From: Ginglymostoma cirratum
Taxonomy: Eukaryota
Direction: 5' to 3'
NCBI GenBank assembly: GCA_024137785.1
Contig: JAHRHZ010000267.1
Span: 18,993,664-19,057,663, forward strand
DNA length: 64,000 bases
The position numbers and the translations under genes were made by a program. Numbering within the stretch: the stretch's first letter is position 1; each line of letters opens with the position of its first letter. Below, in pieces: positions 22,861 to 34,930 of the stretch. The notes beneath the pieces are model-generated. The model did no database searches. It was not told the origin of the DNA and saw only the letters and a program-made list of their open reading frames with translations.

Positions 22861-25620
22861 CTACTGCATGATCTTGTGGAATGCAATCAGTGAGCATTAA
22901 CACCCGTCGCTTTTCAAAAGTAATTAATTGTACGTGATGTACATTGTGACATTTCAGCAAGTGCAAAGAAGTAATAAAAATCTACACTTTTTTTCAGAAA
23001 AGCTAGTTTGAATATTTATTGTGAACAAAATTAGGCTTGTGAAATTAGCCTTAAGAACGGCCGCTCAATAGTTATGTTGGAACGAGTAAAATTGTAAAAG
23101 GCTATGTGGATGTGTAGATACAGTATGCATCTATATATGCGTTTCATCCAGAATGAAATCTGGAAGCACAGTGCTAAAGTTGGTTGGACTATGTGACTAT
23201 AAGAGTGTCAGCACTGCCATCAAATGGTCCACTCACATAATTGTTTGTGTGAAACGAGTTTGCTTAAGGCAGAAGATTTAAAAAAAACTAGCAGCCTAGT
23301 AACAGCCTTTCATATTATGTTTAATTCAATGCAGGTAGTGGAAATAAAATACACTTATAATTTTTAATGTTCTAGATATACAGGTGAAATTCTACAGTGA
23401 GACACATAATTGCGAAATAAAAACAAAAATGTTACTCGCTAATTCTTGGGGCATTTTTATGAGGGATGAATCTCACTATTAATATTCACAGTGATATGTA
23501 ATTCTGTTTATGTAATATTGAAATTTATTTGACTTGTATCCATTTAAAATCTTTTATTCCAATTTTGTGCCCTTTGTGACGCATTATTTATAAAAGGTAC
23601 CGCATCTATGCATACAATCTATATGGACAAGGTATCATGCCCAAGCATCGATTTTTCATGTGTAAACAACACAATGAGTCCAAAACTATTCAACTGTAGA
23701 TGTCACCACATGTAAGCCCCATCTTATACTGAACACTCATCAGGAGGAATTGTTAGTTAACGGTTAAGAGTGGGAGTCCCTTTCGCCTTTCCAGTTCATT
23801 GCACAAGAGTATGTTTGCTCCTGCGGCAAAGATTTCTTTGCTTGAGTCAGTCTGTAAATTAAAGCTAGATATACATGGTTGATGTAGCTTAACACTACTA
23901 TTATATTAATGCATAGATACCTGAAGATGATGTACCATCAAGACAGTTAGATGACATCACAATGTGATGTTCCTTTACAAAAGTCTTTGGCTACTAAAGT
24001 TGTGAAAGTCGTTGAAATGGAATCGGTGCAGTCAACTGTGTATAGTGTTAAAGCCATGGAACATAGCCAGAATGTCAATAAGAATAGAACTGAGACTATG
24101 TATAAGTCTGAGATATTATAACAGAGCAAATAATTATTGTTGTTGATCAGCTTCAAATCATTTGTCTCAACAAGAATCCAATCTTTGTGGTATATGTTAC
24201 ATGGGCTAACACATCGGGCAGCACTTAGACCATGTCGTATTTGCGGTGGTCTTTGACCCAAAATATCATATCATGATGACAGTGAGTGGGCATTGAAAGG
24301 TAGTAACAGCTGATTTACTCAAAAGGCTGAAATGATGATTGCAGCAAAAGGATGTAGTCCTAACCATCATCCATCATTATCTGAGTTTAGTGCTGAAGTT
24401 TGCAACCAACAACAAAAACAACAAGCTACAACCTGTACCTGAGCACAACAATCACAAATGAAGAGGAACATTTGTGAGTATATTCTCCCTCTTTAAAATA
24501 AAAAGAGGCCGCAGTGCGCTGAACAAATGTGATGTCACTCTGATATCTCTTTTGGCGTAAATATCATGTGCAGGTGCTATTCATCTTTTTTTTGAAAACA
24601 ACAGCAATAGGAAAGGCACAAACCTAAAATAGCCAACAAGGAAGAAGCCAACACTACAGTATGTTCCTTTATACATGAGCTTTCTTTCTGAAAAGCATAA
24701 ATATAATAGTGAAAGTGGAAGTAAACATCTGACCATCAATTGGCACTCTATAGATATTTTGTCAAAATTTCAGTTATTCGAAGACAGGACAAATCCTTAC
24801 TTTGTCAAGCAATAAATAGCTGGTAAAGAAAGATGAGCTATAAAATATCTTAGGGTTTTAAGAAAAATAAAATCCTCCAGTACTTCAAATGATGACCATA
24901 AGGATCCTGCAAACTTTTGCAGTTTTTAGAAGGCTTGAGTCAATTTCAGCATTGACAGGCTTGAGTCCATGTATATTGACAACAGCCAGGTGAAAGAATC
25001 AATCAATTCATAGGCAGTTGTCAATACAAAGGGACTGATTGTGATTTCACAAAAGCTACCCTAGCTAAAAGACAATGTGCAACTGATCGTTGCCTTTACA
25101 CACATTAATCCTCCTGAAGGATGCAATTTGAATCATTGTAACTTGAGAACAAAGTCTGCAGGTGCTTGACTATGTAAGAACTTTTGCATCATCAACAAGG
25201 TCAGTGAAACATCTAAATAATGCAAGAAATGTGGCTTGTCTGACCATGAAGATAGTGTCCAGTATTTCACGACATTTGCAAACCATGTTTACAAGAGGGC
25301 ATTGGGTTAAATTGTATAATGAACCATATCACTCGGTGAAATCCAAAGTGTGACACAATGTCCCACAAAAACACCTACATTCTATCTGCAAAAAAGACCT
25401 TGAGCTTCCAGCTGCTTGCCAGTGTAATACATTGTCTGCCCTGGCCAACCTCTCTGTCTCAGACTTGCTTCGATGCTTCAATGAAGCTTAGTGCAAGCTG
25501 GAAGAACAACATCTTATTTTCTCAGAGATAATAGGGACTGCAGATGCTGGAGAATCCGAGATAACAAGGTGTGGAGCTGGATGAACACAGCAGACCAAGC
25601 AGCATCATAGGAGCAGGAAA

Positions 25621-25656
25621 GCTTGACGTTTCGGGCCTAGACCCTTCATCAGAAAT
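25621..25656 (-). ncRNA. Minimal hammerhead ribozyme motif, copy 3
   Basis: Minus strand CTGATGA-A-GGGTC-TA-GGCCC-GAAA-CGTC (25652-25625). Confidence 0.65.
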
Positions 25657-25803
25657 AGGGGAGGGGAAGAAGGTTCTGAAATAAATAGGGAGAGAGGGGG
25701 AGGTGGATAGAAGATGGATAGAGGACAGGATAGGTGGAGAGGAGACAGACAAGTCTTCTATCCGCCTCCCCCTATTTATTTCAGAACCCTCTTCCCCTCC
25801 CCC

Positions 25804-25839
25804 ATTTCTGATGAAGGGTCTAGGCCCGAAACGTCAAGC
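25804..25839 (+). ncRNA. Minimal hammerhead ribozyme motif, copy 4
   Basis: CTGATGA (25808-14), A, GGGTC-TA-GGCCC, GAAA, CGTC (to 25835). Confidence 0.65.
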
Positions 25840-26599
25840 TTTCCTGCTCCTATGGTGCTGCTTGGTCTGCTGTGTTCATCCAGCTCCACACCTTGTTAAC
25901 ATCTTATTTTCTGCCTGGGGACACTGCAACCTTCCAGACTCAACATTGAGTTCAATAATTTTAGGGTCAAAGCATCATCTTCAATGTCCCCATTCCAACA
26001 CCCACACACCAGGCCTTGTCATCACATGTGCTGCTGCCACAAAAAATCCTTTATCAGCCACTAATGGTCTCCATTAACAGCTGTTGATTCTACCAGTCTG
26101 ACCTTTACCCATTCCTTTATCTGCTCGACTGTTTCTCTCTCACTCTTTGGGCTCCATCTCCAACTAGTGTTTACTCGTTTCCCCTATCCCCTTCCCACCT
26201 TCAGTACATATACCAACATTTTCTGAGCTGCAATCAGTTTGTCTGACCTGAAAAGTTAACTCTGCTTTTTCTTCACAGATGCTGCCAGACCTGCTGAATT
26301 TTCCCAGAAATTTTTGCTTTTGTATCTAATTTCCAGCAGGCATAGTTCTTTGTTTTTTTTTTGGACAACTGAAATGTTTTTTACGTTGTTGAGAGTGCTG
26401 AACAGTTATTATTAATCCATCAGCATGCACTTATCGGTGTATCATTATGATCCATGAGGTTACAAACAGGTTAGTTCCAACACCAAAAATTCCATACTGC
26501 AACATCAAGTCTATTCATGATCTGGCTACCTTTTACCCAGACAGGTTTCATTCTACAGGTAACTGAAACGTCAACGCAGTTTTCCAACTGAAAGGTGGT

Positions 26600-26890
26600 G
26601 TTCTGTTTCTCCTCAGGGTGAGTCCATTTAAAAGGGGCACAGCTTTAAGCTGATTGAGTTGCAGCATATTTTAGTCAGAGGGTGCTGGGTTTTGGAATTT
26701 GCCACCCAGACTGTTGAGACAGAAATCCTTGTCTCATTATAAGGGAACCGGGATCTTCACCTGAAACGTTGTAACCAACAGTGCTACAGATCAGATGCTA
26801 GTAAGTCAGATTAGAATGGACAGTTAGTTTATTCAGCCACACAGACATGATAGATTGAATGCCCTCTGTCTGCGCTGTAACTTTTCCATG
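26600..26890 (+). mobile_element. Degenerate CR1 3' fragment
   Basis: aggggcacagctttaag...cagagggtgctgggttttggaatttgccaccc...cacagacatgatagattgaatgccctctgtctgcgctgtaacttttccatg. Confidence 0.6.
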
Positions 26891-27099
26891 GTATTATCAA
26901 GATTGATTGGGTCGTCCCTGTGTTACAGGTAACATTGCTGTCCTGGCAGAAGCCATAAATGACCAGGACACAAATGCCAATCATCTCAATGAGTGTGTTA
27001 AGGAAACATATTCTTGTTTTTAAAGGTAAAAATTGTCCAATCAATGTTTTCAGATAAAACTACTTGTCAACTGGTATTGGACCTGATTGTACAAAAAAA

Positions 27100-28750
27100 A
27101 ATGGAAGATGCTTACTCTACGAGGCAGAGCTAATTTCCTCAACCTTTTATGGTCACATATTCTGGGCTTTGTGATCAAAATCTCTCCTCTCCAAGATATT
27201 TTGCATTCATAAATATATGCAAACACAGCACGCATATAGTGGGAAAATCATCGGCGTTTTTGCTTCACTCTCTCAAAAACACTTTATCATCCAGAAAGTG
27301 TGTACTTCAATATCATCTCCCTCGGCGTATCACAAAGGAAAAGCCTCAGAGCATATTTATTCTAATAAGACAAGCCTATTGCATTTGGTCCTGAATTTGC
27401 TAAAACAGCTCAAGAAAATTATTTCCAACACTGAAAGGGAAATCCTTACCGTTCTTTCAGGACACAATGGTTCCATAAGTATCTATTTGGCAAGTATTTC
27501 ATTATTTATACCAAGTGCAGACCATTGGAAATGATCTGTCAGAAGTGACTTACAAGTGCAACTCCTCAACTCAGAATCTATTTCTGAAGATCCAAGAGTA
27601 TGATTTGGACGTACACCACAAACCTGATTCACTGATGTCTAATTCCAATATTCTTAACCAACTTCCAAATCTTACTAAGAACAAAAATGGTCTTAGACCT
27701 ACAAGTAGATATTCTTGAATCTGAGTTTGAAGATAGTCTCCACGTTAACCTCATTCAGTTTTGCCATAGATGAGCAAGATATGTCAGATGATTACCAGTT
27801 GCAAAAGCCCAAAAATATATCATCAGTTGCTGATCTTGATGCATTCAGCAGGTTTTCAAACAAGCTTGTTTTTTCTGGTCATTCAGAGACGAACTAAGAA
27901 TCACCAAGGAAGTAATTTTCAAAGACACAAGTAAGTAGTAATTCCACAATTTCTACATTAAGGTATGCTAGACCTTACACATATAAGTTTTTGGGCACAG
28001 AAAGAAACAAGAGTCGAGTGCATAAATCTATCTAATGGCCTGGCATCAATAAAGACATTGATCAAATAATGAAGTTGTGTGCAACATGTCAACAATTGAA
28101 AGAACCTATTAGACCACATAAAAATCCTCCTGAGCCTTGGTGAAAGGTTGCGACAAGAACACAATTACGCTCTGCTGACTGATTATTTCACCAAATTTCC
28201 TTTTGTGAGACAAATCAAAGATACCTCTTGTGTAACAGTTGTTGGCACATTGATCGTCACATTCAGTATGTTTGGTGTCCCCAAAGAAATTGTGCCTGAC
28301 AATGGTCTGCAGTATAAGAACACATCCTTAAAGACGTGTGTAAGAAATAGAGTGTTTCCTCACTCTCCTCAGTCTAACACTTTTACAGAACATACTGTTC
28401 ATATGTGAAAATCCATGGTAATTTAACAGAAAGAGACTTGCCAAGATCTTTGGGTAATATAGTGTTTAATCTATGTGCAGTTCCTCAAGGAAATGGTTTA
28501 CCCACACAGGAAACTTTCATGGTCAGAAGACAGATCCACACTGCTCTTGCCTCCCAAACTCTTACTATCCAACCATTTGTGAATGACACATTCTTGGGAA
28601 AATGGTGCAAGAGTAGCAATGAGCATGCAGACAGTTAGCCCAACGTGAACCAGGACAAAGCATAATTGCTTGAGATTTTTCTATGAACACATGTTTTACA
28701 TTAACTTGTTGAAAGGTATTACAATGTCCTGTCCAACCCAGTTCTTATGA
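27100..28750 (+). mobile_element. Decayed Gypsy/Ty3 LTR retrotransposon pol (RNase H and integrase)
   Basis: SNTEREIL and QNLFLKIQEYDLDVHHKP (RNase H), WPGINKDIDQIMKLCATCQQ (integrase zinc finger), TDYFTKFPFV...MFGVPKEIVPDNGLQY (integrase core), in RH-then-IN order with many stops and frameshifts. Confidence 0.85.
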
Positions 28751-29072
28751 CATTGTAAGCTGAAATGAATACATTCTGCAGAGAAATAGACAAAATATCT
28801 GAGTTATATATGATTAACAAACCGTTGCAGAAGATGACAAGTCAGATACCGAAAGCATCATGACAGACAATAACCACACATCTACATCAAATAATACTTA
28901 TCCATCCAAGATAACAGACTGCAAACAACAGAATACATCTACCTTCCAAGTTATGATTATTCTAAAGATCTGGTCATGTCATACATATGCCCAAGCAATA
29001 TCTTAATATGTGGAGATGTTATATCCATGTGAATCCTTGCAAATGTTATTCAGAAAAGGGTTTCTATCATTT

Positions 29073-29403
29073 AAGGAGAAAGAAGGGATTCATGTTATTG
29101 TATACATCCCTGATAAATAGTGTACTGTCAAGACAAATGATATTATGACGTATGACATACGTAAAAATGTCCTTGCCTCACTTTCAGTAGTCAAACAGTG
29201 CAATAGAGTTACTGTGGTGTCTAGTCATTGCAGTCAGCTATGTATAGAATTACAGTCATGCAATATAGGCATTTTAGAATGCAAGCATCAGACCAGTCTA
29301 TGTACAAGTCTGAGTTGTTAAAACAGAACAAATAGTTAATGTAGTTAATAAACTTCAAGACATCAGATTCAGCAAGACCCCAACCTTTGTGGTATGTTAC
29401 ACA
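29073..29403 (+). mobile_element. Polypurine tract and candidate 3' LTR of the Gypsy element
   Basis: aaggagaaagaaggga at 29073-29088, then TG at 29093, AATAAA at about 29347 and a ...ttacaca end. No matching 5' LTR was seen. Confidence 0.35.
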
Positions 29404-32400
29404 AGCTCATATGCAGAACAGCACTCATATTGGATAGGTAGTGGTGTTTGAACCAAGAAACCATATTCAGTAAATGATCAACAAAGCTTTCATTATTTAA
29501 CTTGCGCTGATTCAGGTGAGAGATGTGAATACTATTCTTCATTTTCATGCATCTGTTTTCCATGGGGTTCACCAGCTCATTTGGCTAGGTGGCTAGTATG
29601 TGGTTCAGATTCACATCAAGACATGGCTCTGATTCTCATTCCAGCAGAGGTAGCTTCGGATCTGCCTCCTTGCCCTGCAATTGACAATGATATGCAGCTG
29701 CAAATCACCAGCGAGGAAAAAAAAATCAAGAAAAATGGCTCAGGATGAAACATCAGCCAACAATAAAGTAAGGAACTGCCTTTGGGTGGAGCACACATGA
29801 ATCTGATTTGCACCAACTGTCAAGCACTCCAACGTCAGAAGCATCATCAATTGGAGAAAGTCCTTTTATTTTGCCTTAATGCCTTAGTTTCAAGTCCAGT
29901 TGAATGATCCCACCTAGAAATGTGAGCGTTTTGAATTATACATCAATCAAACCTCCACTTAATTTAGTTATCATTCACTGCCTACAGCGTGGCATTGTAA
30001 GTTGAGAAACAATGAATAATATGTGGTTTAAAGTTACCAGAGAGTGCAGACAAAGGATTCTTGTTGTTGACAAAAAAAAAGCAATTTTCTGAATTGGGTT
30101 TCTGCCTATTTCGCAGCGTGAAAGGTCAAGATGCTAGACAACTTTGCTACCGTGAGATTATTGAATTTTCTGAGTCCTGCAGCCTGATATTGAACTCACC
30201 AAGATTCATTATAGGAAATACTAGATTGGAGATAATGATTTAGAACAATTCAGTCAAAGCATTTAAGGAGAAGGTGCGCTCAAGCCCTATTGCTGACTCT
30301 TTATAAGTTAATGCAAACAATAATGATGCTAACTGGAAAAAAAGAAAATAGAACCATCTGCAGAGCCAGATGGTGGGATATGTTGCAGTGTATGAATGCA
30401 AAAGATCTCTGGTGAACTAAGGGACAGGCTGCTGTTGGAAGCAAATGTGTCCATAGGCACATTATATAATTTGACACCATCTCTCTTGGCTTCTCTTTGG
30501 TCCAGCTGAGAATGATTTTCTTCATTGTCCAGAAACTATAAATTTGGACCTTGCTAACATTGAGTGCACATTTGTTGGACACATCTTCTGTCAAAGGCTT
30601 GGCAACCTTATTCCCTGGTTTATGCTGAGAGTTGCTTGAAGAATGCATCTCTAAGCATTTGGAGGCATTCTGTACTTAGTTAAACTGTCACGTTCGCACT
30701 GTGGCGTGAGCAGTTTTGCCAACATAAGGAGGAAAATATGATTACTGTGACAAAAAAAAAGCCCACTTGGATTCAGCATGTTCATTTTTGTTTGGTTACA
30801 ATTTTCACGTCATTTATTGACAAGTTTGAATGTATAACAAGGAACCACTTTTATGAATGGTCCTGTAGAACCTCTTGAAGAATCATGAAAATAACACAAG
30901 AGGTAGAAACTGGAGTCAATATGTCAAATCAATACTTGCCAATAATTGGGTGGAGAAGTAACAAGCCTGATTTTTTTTTCACTTTCGGGCCAAGATTGGA
31001 AATTCAGTCCCGAGTGTCCCTACTCAGGATAATTATCCATCAAGCTCGAGATTGTATCGTACAACAAGGATTGGTAGTACAATAATATAGGTTCTTTATT
31101 TGAAGATAAGACTGTATATATATCATGATAACTGGGAGGCTATATATAACATGTATGGTCTGTAAAGCTGGTACTTTGTTCTGTCTGCAGCGTAAATGAT
31201 GTTGTGGATCACACCCTGTCTTGTGGTGGGCAGTGATGGACACCAGTTTTAGATACTTTACTTCAAGTTATATCATAACATCGTACAGCACCTCACTATG
31301 GACAAGTAGCCTGCCAACATGAATAATTGCCAGCAGGTGAGCAAGTGAAGGCCAGAACTATGCCCAGTTAACGAGACGTTAGGAGACAAGGAATGAAAAG
31401 TGGTAAGAAGAAGAGGAAATTAAACAATTTTAATTTTATCTTGCAGTATAACGTATTCTCATTACCAGATCAATCAAGCAATATTGAATCAACTGCTTAT
31501 TAAAAATAAGATTTAGTACGATAAGGATTTTGGCAAATGAGGTTTGACATTGGAATCCAAATCTCTGAGCATCTCGCTGTTTTTGATGTAATTTTTTGAT
31601 ACTGCAGTGAATTGATGATTGGCATTTGCATTAGCACATTCAGCAATCCTTCAGACATTTGCACAAAACTCACTTCAAACTTTATCTTCTCTGAAGGCAT
31701 TAAAGTGTGCAAAATCAATGCGGTATCTGATAAAGATAGAATAGCCTGTCTAATACAAACTTCAATTAAATAGATTAAAAGTGCTTATTTTCCTTCATTT
31801 TATACCCAAATGCCAAAAAAATTGAATGTCATTTATCTCAATATCAAATCAATTCATTTTTGGAGGGTAGATGACCTTTATGCTTGAGTTTTCCCTCAAC
31901 AGGATTGACCTCTTCACTTGTAATGAAGTGAATGGCATTTCAACGCTGCTAGTAACCTAAATTATTGATTTGTGGTACAAGATGTAACAAAAGATGCATA
32001 GTTACTTTAGCAATCTAAGAATTAAGCGCTCCCACCTCTTTTAGAAAAAGGTCTTCAATAATATGTTTATAAAGCCCTATAACAGAAAGGTTGTTTATAG
32101 ATTTACAATACAAAATAAGATTTTTTTTCCGTTATCTTGAGTTAAGCAGAAAAAGTTGTCTTTAAAATATTGGCTCTGGGATCTTCTAAAGCTAAACCAT
32201 ACCAAAAAAGAAACAAAATCAGGAAAAATCTTGGTACATGAGAGAGATGCAAAAGACAGCAAAGGTTTATGAAACATCTGAAAGTTTTAAAAAGTGGTAT
32301 GATGAGAAACTACCAAAAGAAATTAAGATCAACACCTCAAATAATACAACTCATTAAAAATTAGGGTAAGCGATTTGGACCTTCTGAAAATGCCGCAAGG

Positions 32401-32569
32401 ATATTTTTAATTAAAATAAGGACACATTGAACCAACTCTTTCTTTCATTGTTTACAGTAAGGAATAGATCAACTAGCTGAATGTCCCAAAGAAGTTATTA
32501 TTGAATTGAGAGCTCACCAAAGTTAATGTAAGAAATATGACAGTAATAAAGAAAATAATGGCATTCAGC

Positions 32570-33340
32570 AGTGGCAAAACTCCAGGGCCAGATGGTTTCT
32601 ATCCAAAACATTTAAAGAAGTAGCTGAGAACATTATAGATGTTCCAACTAAAAAAGTTCTCTTGATTAGGAATGGCTCCTTTAGATTGAAAAACTGCACA
32701 TGTGACTCTGTTACTTAACAGAGGGAGAAGGCGAGAAAGGCCCCAGGGAACTATTCTTCAGTAAGTTGAACATCAGTTGACAGGAAATTACAAGAGTGTG
32801 CAAGGAGTGCTCTCTTCTGTGGGAACCTGATCCCATTTCACTCACCTGTCTTTAGACAGCACTACCAACCATTTGGTGGACTGTGGTGCACATTTATCTG
32901 TAGCTCTAGAGTGTGTGTTTCCACCCTCTTGGTGCATTAAATCAGTGGGAGGCCATTAAGTGTCTGATAGTTTAGATTTCTAACAGGAATAGACAGGATA
33001 AATGCAGGAAGGATGTTCCAGAAGACTGAAAAGTCCAGAACCAGAAGTCAGAGTCTGAGAATATATGTGAACAGTGTAGGGTTGAGATGAGGAGAAATTT
33101 CTTCACCCAGAGAGGTGAGTCTGTGAAATTCTCTGTCACGGAAAGCAGTTGAAGCCAAAACATTGAATGTGTTGAGGAAGGATTTAGGTATAGTTCTTAG
33201 AGCCAACGGGATGGATGGGTATGGGATGAAGGCAGGAATCAGTTACTGAGCTGTATGATTGATCATGATCATGTCGACTTGTGGAGCAGGCTTGAAGGAC
33301 CGAAATGCCTACACCTGCTCCTGTTTTCTATGTTTCTCTG
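32570..33340 (+). mobile_element. CR1 LINE relics (RT N-terminal piece 32570-32790 and 3' end 32965-33340)
   Basis: Relics of KTPGPDG...KEVAE and of W-K-x-A-x-V-T...PGNYxxVSLTSV; 3' gagatgaggagaaatttcttcacccagag...cctgctcctgttttctatgtt. Confidence 0.7.
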
Positions 33341-34549
33341 AATAGCATCAGACCTCCTGCATCTCATCAATTCTCCCAGCAGTGGGTGGAACCCATGTCA
33401 ACAGCAATAAATTCCACTTGATGTGTCTGTTCCATTTCAGTTGGGTCACCATCCAAGGATAGCAAGGTTGAAAATGACGGTCTTCTTCAGAATGAACCAA
33501 GACACATTCCCGGGATAATAGAGAGCAGCTGATGAATAGAAAATATCTAAAGGCCTGGTTGCATTTGGGTCTTGGTGTCCTTGGAATGGGAGCACATGAT
33601 GCTCCCCAGCACTCTCAATACTCTTAGAGAAAGGTGGGCACTGGAGGGGGTACAGAGCCTCATCTCCCCTTCCACCTCAGTTTTCTTCAGCCCCCTCTCT
33701 CTTTTCCTTCCTCTCCCTCACCTTTGCCATTCATTGAGCATAATTTCACGCATTGAAATTATGTGTCATTTAGTGATGGTGAATAGTGACTGAAAAGTAC
33801 CAAGGATGATTTGGTGATAGAAAAAAAGGAAGACCTGTTTTCTCACCCTCTAACTCCACTTTAATTTAGCCCCTTCCTTCTCTGCTTTCCCCCCTCTTAC
33901 TTGTGTTATTTTTACACTGCCTGGAGGACAGTGCTTGTAATTTGTTAAATGTTTAATTAGTGACACAAGTGATTACATGGTGTTTAATTTAAAAAAAAAG
34001 AAGCTTGTTTTTTCAATTAAATAAAAGGGCTGGTTTCTCAGACGGGTGATTTTGTGTATTTTTTTAAAAGAAACCTGGTTTCTCCCCCTTTCTGTATTCT
34101 TTGTTTGTGTCACAACGTCTCTGTCAGGCAATGTTTTGGATCAGAATTCTGTCAAATTTTCTAATTGGTGATTGGTTATTTAATTTAAAAAGTCTGGTTT
34201 TCCTCTTTAAAGGGAGTGGGTCAGGAAGGGGAGAGAGTGGAACTGGTTTTGTATTGAACAATGAGATGCAAATAATTGGTTGTGGAAATCAGACTGACTC
34301 CTGTTTCCAGTTTCAGTAAATGGATTACTAACAATATAACAAAGGAGAATGGCTACTTAACTGAATTTCTGGATTCTAAATGTAACCACAGCTGGCTGAG
34401 GGTTCAATCGCCAGTTGTTGATTTGAATGCCACATACATCCTGTTTATGAGCAGCATGTAGAATCGCCATTGACAGAGTTTCTCCCTGGGAATGCAACAA
34501 ACTAAAGTATATTCTAAAAAACCATGACATTATGCAAAATGCCCATTGG

Positions 34550-34930
34550 TACTCCACCTAGGACAAAGCAGTCCACCATAACTGGCACCCTATACACAAT
34601 TTTCAACACATAACCCCTCCACCATTTATACACAGTGGCAGCAGTCAGAACTATCTACTTCTTTGAATGCACTTTCCAAACCCGCAAAGTCAAACATCTG
34701 GAGACCGACAAAGGCAGCTAATACATGGAAACTCTTCAACCTACAAATTCCCCTCCAAGTGACTTACGTCCTGACTTGGAAATATATTAGTATTCCTTCA
34801 CTGTCAGCGGGTCAAAATTCTGGAACTCCCTTCCTTAGAGCACTGTAGAATGTGGGGTGGGGGATGGGGTGTACCTACCCCTTATGGACTGACGCCGTTC
34901 AAGAAGACAACTCATCACCAACTTCTCAAT
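34550..34930 (+). mobile_element. CR1-group LINE 3' end (a different subfamily)
   Basis: ggacaaagcagtcc...ctccaccat...cacagtggcagcag...gggtcaaaattctggaactcccttcc...ttcaagaag...ctcatcaccaacttctcaa. Confidence 0.6.

Larger units (their letters stand above)
25523..25897. mobile_element. Young PLE family A insertion: inverted pair of pseudo-LTRs with a 15-bp target-site duplication
   Basis: Minus copy at 25524-25755 and plus copy at 25756-25897. Flanked by AACATCTTATTTTCT at 25508-25522 and 25898-25912. Confidence 0.85.
25365..26360 (+). mobile_element. Older Penelope-like element 3' end (family B), split by an insertion at 25523-25897
   Basis: GIY-YIG C-terminal coding relic (gtgcaagctggaagaacaacatcttattttct | gcctggggacactgcaaccttccagactcaacattgagttcaataat) with a 3'UTR homologous to 62918-63520. 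Confidence 0.8.

Noticed and set aside
29147-29162. Short palindrome acgtatg-a-catacgt
   Set aside because: 7-bp arms are expected by chance in 64 kb.
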